Of a stretch of 64,000 nucleotides of DNA, positions 1 to 9,595 are shown piece by piece. The position numbers were made by a program, and so were the translations under genes. The stretch is from an uncultured Gammaproteobacteria bacterium (GTDB lineage: Bacteria > Patescibacteriota > Microgenomatia > Levybacterales > GWA1-39-11): NCBI GenBank assembly GCA_964627245.1, contig CAZVGS010000002.1, positions 26,923 to 90,922 on the forward strand, read 5' to 3'. How positions within the stretch are numbered: the stretch's first letter is position 1; each line of letters opens with the position of its first letter. Below the pieces are notes generated by a model, which saw only the letters and a list, made by a program, of their open reading frames with translations, made no database searches and was not told where the DNA came from.

Positions 1-63
1 CTCCGGAGTCAAAAACGCCAATCGGTTGGTTATTCATATAAGTATTACAGACACAAGTGTGAG

Positions 64-138
64 TAGCTGGAGTGGGACTTGAACCCACGACCGCCGCGTT
101 ATGAATGCGGTGCTACGAACCAACCGAGCTCTCCAGCC
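64..138 (-). tRNA. tRNA-Met/Ile2 (anticodon CAU)
   Basis: Reverse complement folds as a cloverleaf: acceptor GGCUGGA/UCCAGCU, T-arm GUGGG-UUCAAGU-CCCAC, anticodon loop UUCAUAA (CAU). CCA not encoded. Confidence 0.7.
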
Positions 139-190
139 AAAAATTTAATGGTGTTAATTGTACCATTTTGAGGTTAGAAAAACAAAATTT

Positions 191-245
191 TGGCGGAGCA
201 TGCGGGTCTGGAACCCCACGTCCTTATAACACCCACCAGCTCCTT
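191..245 (-). other. tRNA-like minihelix (5-bp acceptor + T-arm, encoded GCCA 3' end), function unknown
   Basis: Reverse complement GGAGCUGGUGGGUGUUAUAAGGACGUGGGGUUCCAGACCCGCAUGCUCCGCCA: GGAGC/GCUCC stem, T-arm-like GUGGG..CCCGC, terminal GCCA. No D or anticodon arms. Confidence 0.3.
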
Positions 246-508
246 ACCCACATATTGTATCAATCTCCAGGCTATAAAATCCACCCGAGGCGAAATGAGA
301 CAAATGAGACAGTAGTTAAAAAGGGTGTCTTTTTTGTCACCTACTCCTACCACAAAGTAATCAATGCAGATTTTTTGATCTATTCAAACAATACTGGCTG
401 GTAGTTTTAACTTTTAAGACAAACTTGATAAGAGATAGTATGCTTTTGTTTAAAAATTGCTATACTGATAGTAGGGAATATTTTTGAAATTTGACTCAAT
501 AAACATGT

Positions 509-3500
509 ATGAATATGAAACAAAGAGTGAGTATAAAAAAACCACTCACACAAAAACTTAAAGGATTTTTCAGCGGAATTAGAAAACCTTTACTAGCCCT
601 ATTTTTCTTATTTACTTTCTCCTCTCTTTTTTTGACATCTCAAGTTTTTGCTTCTCAATCATTCTTATCACAAACTGGCTTAGTTAATAGTAACAACACT
701 ATCTTGGAAATTATTTTGTCCGTAGTCTTGGTTTTATCATTAGGATTAAGCTTGGCCTGGATTTTAATTTATTTAAAACATCGCCACAGGGAACATGAAT
801 ACACAGGTGCAGCGGGCAGTCATAAAGCGCATGATAATTTCTCAGATATAAAATACCACCTTTGGCTATTAAAGCATCTTCCCTTCAAACTTCAGCCCAC
901 GAAGGTGAAGAATCACGCCCACCAACCATATACCCTGAAAGATAATTTTCTGTTTCTACTCTTTCACCCATATTTCGGAGCCTTAAGAAAAGCAATTGCG
1001 TTCTGGCTTATCATCTCTATTTCATTTTCAAGTTCTGGAATTTACTTTCTTGCGAATGCTAGTCCGACACAAGCAGCTGGCGATTTTTCTATAAAGACAG
1101 GATATTTTCTTGGATCGGGGGTAACAAGGTCTATTACCGGTCTTGGTTTTCAACCGGAATTAGTAATTATCAAATCAGACACAGCGGCAGGGCAGTTGGT
1201 GTGGAAGTCGTCGGCAATGCCCGCTAATGTAAGCACTTACCTTGGTGTCGCTACCGCAGACAACACGGAGACTGAAATTACGCTTGATGCCGACGGTTTT
1301 ACGGTTTCAGCCGCCCTGGAGGTCAATACCGCCAACGTCAATTACACCTATGTAGCTTTGGCAGGTTCTGATTGCACCTCAGCGGGTGTATTTTGTGTTG
1401 GTTCTTATACCGGAGATGGCGCCAGCACAAAGAGCATTACAACTGGTTTCCAGCCAGATTTAGTGTGGGCCAAGCGTACGACGGCCTTGGCCGGAGTATT
1501 CAGAACCTCATCAATGAGCACTAACCATGCAGGCTATTTTTCCGCAACCGCAAATAATACAACCGGGACCTTTTTTACGACGCTGGACGGTACCGGCTTT
1601 ACCGCAGGACTAACCAATAACACTAACGGGGGCAAGTACTATTATGTAGCTTTCAAAAATATTGCCGGAAAGACAACGGTTGGTCAATTTACGGGCAATG
1701 GAGTGGATAACCGGGATATTTCTGGCGTGGGATTTGAGCCGGACTTTGTTTTCGTAAAGCAAGATAGCGCCGTCACACCGGTTTTTAACACAACAGATAT
1801 GTACGGGGACTACTCTGCCTTTACTACGGCTGCTGCCAATGCCGTTAACAATATCCAATCACTGGATTCTGACGGATTCCAGGTCGGTAACAGTACCAGT
1901 GTCAATGCTGCAGGTATAGTGAGTCACTATTTTGCCATCGGCGGATCGCCGGACCCGTCACCGGCGGGAAGCTTCCTGATGGAACGGGGTAATTACACCG
2001 GCACGGGTGTAAGCCATGTTATAAGTACCTCTTTTGTTCCGAATCTCGTCATAGTCAAGGGCGACACCATCCAGTACGCAGTATGGAGTACCAGCCTGGA
2101 AGGAGACGCAACCGAGTATTTCGCCGCTGCGGGTGCTGCTTTTACTTCCGGAATAAATATAATAACCGACACGAGCGGATTTACCGTCGGCACAAACGCG
2201 ACTGTAAACTCAAATGGTATTACGTATGAATACATCGCGTTTGGTAACGCGACTTCACCCCGGCTGGGAAATGGAGCGGCAGATTTCTATATAGGATCTT
2301 ACACCGGAAACGGCCTTGACGGGAGAAAGATTGATCACCTTGGTATTGGCGCGGATATGGTCGTAATCAAAAGGACTAACGGCACTGCAAACCAGTCCTT
2401 CTGGAAGACGACTAGCCCGGTTATGACCGATAACACAACGGCATATTTTTCTGCAACAACTGATGACACGACGGGAGTATTGGTTAAGACACTTGATTCC
2501 GGCGGTTTTACGCTTGGAAGTAACGCGGGTACGAATGCCGCCGGCGCCACATATAACTGGTTTGCTTTTAAAGAAGGTGCCAATTTTGATATCGGCTCTT
2601 ATGCGGGCGATGGGGTGGCAGATAAAGAAATTACCGGCGTGGGTTTCCAGCCTGATTTTGTCTGGACCAAAAGAAATTCGGCAATTGCCGCAGTTCATAA
2701 ATCAAGCGACAGCGGGATTGCCAGTAATTATTCCCAGCATTTTATGAACCTGGCAAACGACACCAATGACATAAAAACTTTTACATCCGACGGCTTTACG
2801 CTTGGTAACTCTGCTGAAGTAAATACTTCGGGCGGGACCTACAGGTACGCAGCTTGGGATAGTTCAACCTCCAGCAACCCGCCGAGTACGCCAACCAATT
2901 CATCCCCCGCTGGTGGTGCGACAGCGCAAAACTTAAACGCCACACTTACCGGCTCGGCATATTCTGATCCCGATTCCAACGCTCAAACGGATTCGCAGTG
3001 GCAGGTGGATGATGATTCTGACTTTGCGACACCTGTTTGGACCAGAACAGCAGGTGCAAGCGGCGTAACAACATCTGTAACTTCCGCAAATGGGACGTTT
3101 GCCAATGAGCTGAGCGGCAAGACAGAGCTGGATCATGCAACTACCTATTACTGGCGGGTAAGGTACTCAGACGGTACATATTCTTCGTGGTCCACCGGAA
3201 CAAGTTTTACAACAAATACTATTTCTACACCAACACATTCATCTCCGGCAGACCAGGCAACCGTCACCACACTTACACCCACACTAACAACCTCAGCATT
3301 TTCGGATACCCAAAGCGGACATACATCTGCCAATGCCCAATGGCAGATAAGTGCATCCAGTTCTTTTTCAAGTCCTATTTATGACTCGGGAACTGTAAGC
3401 TACGGTGCTTCCTTGGTTGTTCCCTCCGCAACGCTTTCAAATGGGAATGTTTATTATTGGAGAGTCCGATATCAGGATTCAACTAGCCAATGGTCATCAT

Positions 3501-5728
3501 ATTCTACCGCTACGCGTTTTCTTGTCCAGCAATCGACTTCAAGTTCGATAGCAAAGTTGACACCTTTGTTTGGGAGCACAGTCGTAGACCAGGGAGATGC
3601 TGTAAAAATTGACGCGCAATTCTTGTCCTCTGCAGGCGCACCTATAAATGACGCAACTGCGACTATAAATATTTATAACCCAAGCGGAACCCTGGTTGTA
3701 ACTGCGCAGACAATGAGTTATATCGCAAGTTCAAACGGTATATACAGATATTCATATACCATCCCTTCAACCAGCGGAAGTTATCTGTATGATGTGACGG
3801 CAACTTCGGGAAGCACCACAGGATACGGAGCCGAAAACTTTGAGGTAAGGACAATCGTTTCTGATATCAGTTCTGCCAAATCGGCAGCCGAATCCGCTCA
3901 ATCAGCAGCTGTGTCAAATCAATCGACCCTTTCTACCATCAACACAAATCTCAATACTGCCAACACCAATATTAATACTATCAATACGAATGTTTCTGCC
4001 ATAAAAAACGCTACAGTAAGTGTGACAGGAGTAATCTCTGACTCTTCTCCGTCTGATTCATCTTTCAAAACCAATTTGACTGCCGGGAAAGATGATTTTT
4101 ATAAAAATATGGTAATTACTTTTACATCTGGTGACAATTCCGGCCAATCCAGAAGAATATCCAGCTATTCCCAGTCTGACAAGAAAATAAGCGTCGATCC
4201 GTCATTCTCTTATACCCCTGCCGATGGAGATACTTTTGTTATTAATGTAGGCTCTGTCCGAGCAGAGGAACTTTCTGGCTCGGCCAAGTCAACGATCGAA
4301 TCAGTCCAAACAAAACTCAACTCCCTATCGGGGACTCTGCCGTCAAACTTCTCGGGTGTTTATGACCAGCTTGTAACTATAACCAATCAGCTCTCATCAC
4401 TCGGGGCTATCAAAGGCAACGGAGCCGAGGCACTTTATGATCTTTCTCCTGCCAATAAAGACGATATCAAATATTTAAAAAATAAAATTCTTGATCTGCA
4501 AGCAGCTATGGAAATCACCAAGGCCATGCTTTCGGGTGATCAAAATTCTGTATTTTCCACCTGGTATACATTTAATTCCGTGGTATTGAATATGCTGATT
4601 GCCAATCCGACAGATCGTGACGCGACAATTCCCTTTAAAGCCTATCTGCCAAAAGAGGCCAAACCCGAGCACATCATCTCCTCCGGCGGGATGAAGGTGG
4701 AATATGATGAGGGTGCAAATGCGTATTATGTCAGCGGTGAGTTTGATTTAGATGCAGGCGATTCTATTACTAAACAGGTTGAAATCAAGGACATTTGGTT
4801 GATAGATGAAAGCGAATTGAATGGATATAAAACTCAGGCAAATGATTTATACAATGAAGCCAAGTCTACTGCTTACTCGGCTCAAGCGTTGGTTTTGAAA
4901 AATGATACGAATAACCGGATTGATAAAATTCTACGCTCTCAAAAAGAAAATAACGCCGATCCCACCGAACATATCCAAACCTTCCGCAATAATCAGGATG
5001 ATCTGATATCTATAAAGGATAATCTGAAAAAAATGACAGATCTTGTCACTTCTGCTGGAGCAGGAAGAGGGATGTTGGCATCAGTCGGAGGGATACAGAC
5101 TGTCGCCTCGTGGGGAATTATTGTCATGCTTATAGCCGGTTTTGTAATTTTAGGAGTTTTCTCTTACACAATGTGGAAGCACCAGATGATGGTAACAGCT
5201 CTGGCTTCCGGTAAGCTTCAGGATGGCAAAAGAAGATTGTCGCCTGAATTAGTTGGTAGTAATGTCTTGGATGAGATAAAAAAGCCGATGGTAGCATTAA
5301 GTATACCTCGACTGAATCTTCATTTCTTGACGGCAATTTACAAGTTAAAATGGCTGGCGTTGTTGGGTTTGGTAATAATAATTATTTTTGCTTTTTATAA
5401 AGGGTTTGTTTCCAACCCATGGCAAGCATTAATAACCAATCCAACTTCTATTCCAACAGTCTCACCAACATCTATTCCATCTCCAATACCTAGCCCAACG
5501 CCTGTTGAGAAAAAAGTAACAGTGCTGGAAACCGAAACAGGATGGTTAAACGTCAGGGAAGAACCGACTATAAAAAGTGAAGTTCTAGGCAAGGCAGACG
5601 TTGATAAAACGTATACAGAACTTGACAGAGAAGAAAACGATTTACAGGAAGAGTGGATAAAAATCAGATTAAATAATGAGATCGAAGGTTGGGTTTTGGG
5701 AAAGTATGTAGAAAAAGCTTCAAACTAG
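509..5728 (+). CDS. giant membrane-anchored surface protein (repeat modules, Fn3-like modules, C-terminal SH3b-like domain)
   Basis: 1739-aa ORF. N-terminal hydrophobic anchor. Six ~95-aa repeats carry a G(F/I)(Q/E)PD(L/F)V motif. Two modules end in YYWRVRY (Fn3-like). N/T-rich coiled-coil-like segment, two TM helices near aa 1530-1600, PT-rich linker, C-terminal GW..W..V SH3b-like domain. Confidence 0.75.
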   Translation: MNMKQRVSIKKPLTQKLKGFFSGIRKPLLALFFLFTFSSLFLTSQVFASQSFLSQTGLVNSNNTILEIILSVVLVLSLGLSLAWILIYLKHRHREHEYTGAAGSHKAHDNFSDIKYHLWLLKHLPFKLQPTKVKNHAHQPYTLKDNFLFLLFHPYFGALRKAIAFWLIISISFSSSGIYFLANASPTQAAGDFSIKTGYFLGSGVTRSITGLGFQPELVIIKSDTAAGQLVWKSSAMPANVSTYLGVATADNTETEITLDADGFTVSAALEVNTANVNYTYVALAGSDCTSAGVFCVGSYTGDGASTKSITTGFQPDLVWAKRTTALAGVFRTSSMSTNHAGYFSATANNTTGTFFTTLDGTGFTAGLTNNTNGGKYYYVAFKNIAGKTTVGQFTGNGVDNRDISGVGFEPDFVFVKQDSAVTPVFNTTDMYGDYSAFTTAAANAVNNIQSLDSDGFQVGNSTSVNAAGIVSHYFAIGGSPDPSPAGSFLMERGNYTGTGVSHVISTSFVPNLVIVKGDTIQYAVWSTSLEGDATEYFAAAGAAFTSGINIITDTSGFTVGTNATVNSNGITYEYIAFGNATSPRLGNGAADFYIGSYTGNGLDGRKIDHLGIGADMVVIKRTNGTANQSFWKTTSPVMTDNTTAYFSATTDDTTGVLVKTLDSGGFTLGSNAGTNAAGATYNWFAFKEGANFDIGSYAGDGVADKEITGVGFQPDFVWTKRNSAIAAVHKSSDSGIASNYSQHFMNLANDTNDIKTFTSDGFTLGNSAEVNTSGGTYRYAAWDSSTSSNPPSTPTNSSPAGGATAQNLNATLTGSAYSDPDSNAQTDSQWQVDDDSDFATPVWTRTAGASGVTTSVTSANGTFANELSGKTELDHATTYYWRVRYSDGTYSSWSTGTSFTTNTISTPTHSSPADQATVTTLTPTLTTSAFSDTQSGHTSANAQWQISASSSFSSPIYDSGTVSYGASLVVPSATLSNGNVYYWRVRYQDSTSQWSSYSTATRFLVQQSTSSSIAKLTPLFGSTVVDQGDAVKIDAQFLSSAGAPINDATATINIYNPSGTLVVTAQTMSYIASSNGIYRYSYTIPSTSGSYLYDVTATSGSTTGYGAENFEVRTIVSDISSAKSAAESAQSAAVSNQSTLSTINTNLNTANTNINTINTNVSAIKNATVSVTGVISDSSPSDSSFKTNLTAGKDDFYKNMVITFTSGDNSGQSRRISSYSQSDKKISVDPSFSYTPADGDTFVINVGSVRAEELSGSAKSTIESVQTKLNSLSGTLPSNFSGVYDQLVTITNQLSSLGAIKGNGAEALYDLSPANKDDIKYLKNKILDLQAAMEITKAMLSGDQNSVFSTWYTFNSVVLNMLIANPTDRDATIPFKAYLPKEAKPEHIISSGGMKVEYDEGANAYYVSGEFDLDAGDSITKQVEIKDIWLIDESELNGYKTQANDLYNEAKSTAYSAQALVLKNDTNNRIDKILRSQKENNADPTEHIQTFRNNQDDLISIKDNLKKMTDLVTSAGAGRGMLASVGGIQTVASWGIIVMLIAGFVILGVFSYTMWKHQMMVTALASGKLQDGKRRLSPELVGSNVLDEIKKPMVALSIPRLNLHFLTAIYKLKWLALLGLVIIIIFAFYKGFVSNPWQALITNPTSIPTVSPTSIPSPIPSPTPVEKKVTVLETETGWLNVREEPTIKSEVLGKADVDKTYTELDREENDLQEEWIKIRLNNEIEGWVLGKYVEKASN

Positions 5729-5729
5729 T

Positions 5730-6152
5730 ATGAAAATTGTTTTTGCTTTGCTTTTGTCTTTTATTGCTCCGATTATCTTGTTGCCTGTAGAGCAAATATT
5801 GAATTATCCCCATATTATAGAAGAAGCAGTTAAGCTTCTCGCGGTAACACTAATAATCTTTCAATCAAAACAAGGCAAGAAAAATTATTTAATGGTGGCT
5901 GTTTTAGTAGGCGTACTTTTTACCATTTCAGAAAGCGTGCTCTATTTGGTTAATTCTTTCCAAATGGATAATTTTTCACTTATTCCACAAAGAATTATTG
6001 TAACCGGAATTCTTCATAGCGCCACCTGCGTCCTAATCTATATCCTGGGAAGAAAAAGCTGGTGGCTATTGGGTGCTGGATTTGTTCTTGCTGTGCTTAT
6101 TCACTATTACTTTAATATATTCATAACAAGTTACGTCCCCGTCCGCTTTTAA
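5730..6152 (+). CDS. small polytopic membrane protein, PrsW/CPBP-like motifs (EExxK ... HxxxN)
   Basis: 140 aa, 4 predicted TM helices. Contains EEAVK and HYYFN motifs reminiscent of the PrsW protease family. Weak. Confidence 0.4.
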   Translation: MKIVFALLLSFIAPIILLPVEQILNYPHIIEEAVKLLAVTLIIFQSKQGKKNYLMVAVLVGVLFTISESVLYLVNSFQMDNFSLIPQRIIVTGILHSATCVLIYILGRKSWWLLGAGFVLAVLIHYYFNIFITSYVPVRF

Positions 6153-6190
6153 ATATTTTGCAATAATTGTGGGGTTAGTATAATTGCGCT

Positions 6191-6952
6191 ATGGGAAAGC
6201 AAAAATACTTTGAAGAGCGTGAATTAAGGGTCAATCAGAAGCTGAAAATTCTACTTGAAAGAAAAGATTTTCAAACTGATATTGCAGTTTTTCGAAAGAA
6301 GTGGAACATTTCGAAAGGTGGTTTTAAAACGGAAGATGGGTATCGGGAGTGGATGGGATGGCTAGAAACACAGACTGATAAATACATTGATGAAAACTGG
6401 AGTAAATGCCGAGCGGAACTTCAAGAACTGTCAAAACAAGGCAAACTAAGCGAACGAGAGGAGTTAAATAGGAAATTTAATCATCAGTCACCTAGAAACG
6501 CTTTTCATTATGAAATCCACAATTTATTGTTTAAACATAAGATTCCAACTTCCTGGTATAGCGGAATGCGACTTTACTTGTTAAGTAATGATTTAGGTTC
6601 AGCTCGAGTACCGTTAAATAATGTTACGGTACAAATAACTTGGAATGAGCAAACAGGTGAACGCCAACTCTCCCTTCTGCTAACAGCAGATTCAACGATG
6701 GATGATGTTAAAGCTGTTTGGAAACCACTAGTTATGCCCGAGCTTAGAAAACTGCACGATTATTCTGTAGTTAAAGGCAGATACAAACCTAACCTGGAAC
6801 TTGATAAACGAGTGCATGAATTATGGAAAGCTGGTGACAATACCTATGAGCAAATTGCTGAGGTAATTAAAAGCGAATTCCCTATAAGTTCTAATTTTAT
6901 GTATACGGATGTATCTAACGCCCTTAAAAGGTATAAGAAACGCTTCGGTTAA
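6191..6952 (+). CDS. hypothetical protein
   Basis: 253-aa ORF with no recognisable motif. Sits just upstream of the MTase/terminase island. Confidence 0.45.
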   Translation: MGKQKYFEERELRVNQKLKILLERKDFQTDIAVFRKKWNISKGGFKTEDGYREWMGWLETQTDKYIDENWSKCRAELQELSKQGKLSEREELNRKFNHQSPRNAFHYEIHNLLFKHKIPTSWYSGMRLYLLSNDLGSARVPLNNVTVQITWNEQTGERQLSLLLTADSTMDDVKAVWKPLVMPELRKLHDYSVVKGRYKPNLELDKRVHELWKAGDNTYEQIAEVIKSEFPISSNFMYTDVSNALKRYKKRFG

Positions 6953-7081
6953 GAATCACGCTTAATTCGTAACGTATCGCTTCTTTTCCCCCTCCCCTAC
7001 AATTTCCTTAAACTACTGAATTCTGAAAATGTATAAGTTTTCAGTGGTTTATCCATACAATTTGAGTAGAGGTACAAAACT

Positions 7082-8368
7082 ATGATTAAACAGCCACAAC
7101 ACAATCTAAAAATTGAATATGTTGACGTAGAGAAACTGATTCCAGCTGTATATAACCCTCGCACTTGGGATGAAGCGGCAATTAAAAATCTCACATCAAG
7201 TATTAAAGGTTTTGATATTGTCGATCCGTTAATCGTTAATAATGTCAAAGGTCGGGGAAATATTGTCATCGGTGGTCACTTTAGGTTGGAGATAGCCAAA
7301 CGCTTGGGATATAAACAGGTACCTGTCGTTTACGTCACCATTCCTGACATTGATAAAGAAAAAGAATTAAACCTCAGGCTTAACCGCAATACCGGAGCCT
7401 GGGATTTTGAGCTTCTGAAAGAATTTGACGTTAATCTTCTTCTTAATGTTGGCTTTGATGATACGGACCTTTCCCATATCTGGGATGATGCGCTATCAAT
7501 TGAAGATGACAATTTCGATACTGAAAAAGCCATTGAAGAAATCGGTACTCCAAAAACAAAACTTGGGGATTTGATTAAACTCGGCAACAATTTCTTGATT
7601 TGCGGTGCTGCAACTGATCCGACAGCTGTAAAAAGACTAGTTGGAGCAAATAAGATCCATATTTTAAATTACGACCCTCCGTATAACATTTTACTTGATT
7701 ACCATAAAGGGATTGGCACAAATGGTAAATATGGAGGAAAACAGACAAATGACAATAAAACGGATGAAGACTATCGAAGTTTTCTTTTAAAAACACTTCA
7801 GAATGGGCTAATAGTTGCTAACGATGTCTGTCATGTCTTTTGCTGGTGTGATGAAACGTATATCGGATTAGTTCAGGGAATATACCAAGAACTTGATATT
7901 GAAAATAAGCGGGTGTGTTTATGGATCAAGAATAATCAAAACGCCACCCCTCAGATTGCTTTCAATAAAGCCTACGAACCATGCGTGTATGGAATTAAAG
8001 GTAAACCACATCTCGCACCAACGCCTACTAACCTGAACGAGATACTCAATAAAGAGGTCGGAACAGGTAATCGACTCCCAGATGACATTCTTGATCTCTT
8101 TAACATTTGGTTGGCAAAAAGGTTGCCCACAAGCGAGTATGAACACCCGACACAAAAGCCACCAACGGTATATGAGAAGTCATTACGTCGTTGTACGAAA
8201 CCTGGAGATTCAGTTTTGGATGTATTTGGCGGTTCAGGTACCACATTAATAGCCTGTGAGCAATTGAAACGGCGAGCATTCTTGTGCGAGTTAGAGCCGA
8301 TTTTCTGCGATGTAATCATTAAGCGATTCCAGGAATTAACCGGGAAGGAGGCAGAATATGTCATTTAA
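7082..8368 (+). CDS. ParB-like nuclease domain fused to DNA methyltransferase (beta-class N6A/N4C)
   Basis: N-terminal ParB/Srx-like region. DPPY motif (LNYDPPYN) followed by C-terminal FGGSGTT (motif I after motif IV, the beta-class order). Confidence 0.8.
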   Translation: MIKQPQHNLKIEYVDVEKLIPAVYNPRTWDEAAIKNLTSSIKGFDIVDPLIVNNVKGRGNIVIGGHFRLEIAKRLGYKQVPVVYVTIPDIDKEKELNLRLNRNTGAWDFELLKEFDVNLLLNVGFDDTDLSHIWDDALSIEDDNFDTEKAIEEIGTPKTKLGDLIKLGNNFLICGAATDPTAVKRLVGANKIHILNYDPPYNILLDYHKGIGTNGKYGGKQTNDNKTDEDYRSFLLKTLQNGLIVANDVCHVFCWCDETYIGLVQGIYQELDIENKRVCLWIKNNQNATPQIAFNKAYEPCVYGIKGKPHLAPTPTNLNEILNKEVGTGNRLPDDILDLFNIWLAKRLPTSEYEHPTQKPPTVYEKSLRRCTKPGDSVLDVFGGSGTTLIACEQLKRRAFLCELEPIFCDVIIKRFQELTGKEAEYVI

Positions 8369-9119
8369 ATTAGGTGAAATTCGCCAGCTTGGAGAGCATT
8401 ACCTCCTTTGTGGGGATAGTACTGATGAATATACAGTGAAAATGTTTATTAAAGACCTGAAGATAAAATCTGTCATCTTCGACCCACCCTATGGTGTTCA
8501 CTATACCGAAAGCAAAGAATTTCTCCAAACCGGAACTGTCAAACACAGACCAATTATCAATGACTGGATAACTTCAGAACCAGAATATTACAAGTTTTCC
8601 TACTCATGGTTATCTTCAGTTATTCCACATCTAACCAAAAAGAATTCACTGTATATTTTTAGCTCTGACATCATGCTCTTTCCGGTACGGGAAGCGATGG
8701 CTCATGCTGGTATCAGCTTCGGGCAACTTCTTGTGTGGGTAAAAAATCACAACGTTCTTGGGAGACTTGATTACTTGCCCCAGCACGAAATGGTTCTCTA
8801 TGGTTGGTATGGTACCCATGAATTTATGAAATCAAAAGACAAAAGTGTCTTACTCTGTCCAAAACCCAATAAGAGCAAATTGCACCCAACCATGAAGCCA
8901 GTACCGCTTCTGAGACGACTTATATTAAACAGTACTCAAGTTGGAGATATTGTTTTTGATGGATTTGGAGGATCGGGATCGACTTTAATTGCTTGTGAAC
9001 AAACCAAACGGAAGTGTTTGATGATTGAACTGGATCCTGAGTATTGCCAAGTCATTTGTGATCGGTTTGAAATGATGACAAAAATTAAACCTAAAGAGGT
9101 GGAAACATTAAACGTATGA
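8358..9119 (+). CDS. DNA methyltransferase (beta-class N6A/N4C)
   Basis: DPPYG motif and C-terminal DGFGGSGST. Overlaps the upstream MTase stop by 11 nt (operon). Confidence 0.8.
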   Translation: MSFKLGEIRQLGEHYLLCGDSTDEYTVKMFIKDLKIKSVIFDPPYGVHYTESKEFLQTGTVKHRPIINDWITSEPEYYKFSYSWLSSVIPHLTKKNSLYIFSSDIMLFPVREAMAHAGISFGQLLVWVKNHNVLGRLDYLPQHEMVLYGWYGTHEFMKSKDKSVLLCPKPNKSKLHPTMKPVPLLRRLILNSTQVGDIVFDGFGGSGSTLIACEQTKRKCLMIELDPEYCQVICDRFEMMTKIKPKEVETLNV

Positions 9120-9595
9120 CAGATAATACGCCTGAAACCAGTATTCAAAAACGGATGGACATCAACAAAGAGTTGTTGATTGATCAGCTCAAGAAAACGC
9201 CCATTGTTCAAATAGCCTGCGAAAAGACGGGTGTTGGTCGGGCTACCTATTATCGCTGGCGGAAAGAGGACAGTGAATTTGCTGGCTTAGCAGATGAAGC
9301 GATTGCTGAAGGCAACGAACTGGTAAACGACATGGCAGAATCACAATTAATGGCAGCAATTCGGGATGGTAATTTAGGCGGAATCATCTTCTGGCTCAAG
9401 CACCATCACCCTCGATATGCCACCAGAGTTGAGGTAACGGCTAAATTAAAACATGATGATGAAACCTTAACTCCTGACCAGGAAGCGTTGGTTATGAAAG
9501 CACTTAAATTGGCAGCTCTTCTTCCCGATCCTAATATTACAAGTGATGCCACACAAGAAGCGGTTCAACCAAAAACAAAGGAGGGGCAATCATGA
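9116..9595 (+). CDS. phage terminase small subunit (HTH)
   Basis: 159 aa with an N-terminal HTH-like GRATYYRWRKED, immediately upstream of and overlapping the TerL gene. Confidence 0.55.
   Translation: MTDNTPETSIQKRMDINKELLIDQLKKTPIVQIACEKTGVGRATYYRWRKEDSEFAGLADEAIAEGNELVNDMAESQLMAAIRDGNLGGIIFWLKHHHPRYATRVEVTAKLKHDDETLTPDQEALVMKALKLAALLPDPNITSDATQEAVQPKTKEGQS

Noticed and set aside
105-404. 99-aa ORF on the + strand
   Set aside because: Overlaps the tRNA(CAU) gene and the tRNA-like element on the opposite strand. No RBS, and low-complexity composition. Most likely non-coding.
191-550. Possible tmRNA (ssrA) on the minus strand
   Set aside because: The 3' end resembles the tmRNA tRNA-like domain. 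However, no 5' acceptor strand (GGAGCAU/GGGG...), no tag-peptide reading frame (..AA-stop) and no pseudoknot-rich body were found upstream before the next gene.
1610-3854. Multiple 60-150-aa ORFs on both strands inside 509..5728
   Set aside because: Embedded in a long, repeat-structured ORF. They are Cys/Arg-rich antisense artefacts typical of GC-skewed coding repeats.
6981-7000. C-rich motif ttttccccctcccctac resembling the tRNA-Ser 3' end
   Set aside because: It is in inverted, not direct, orientation relative to the tRNA-Ser 3' end and matches only about 8 nt. Not a credible attL.
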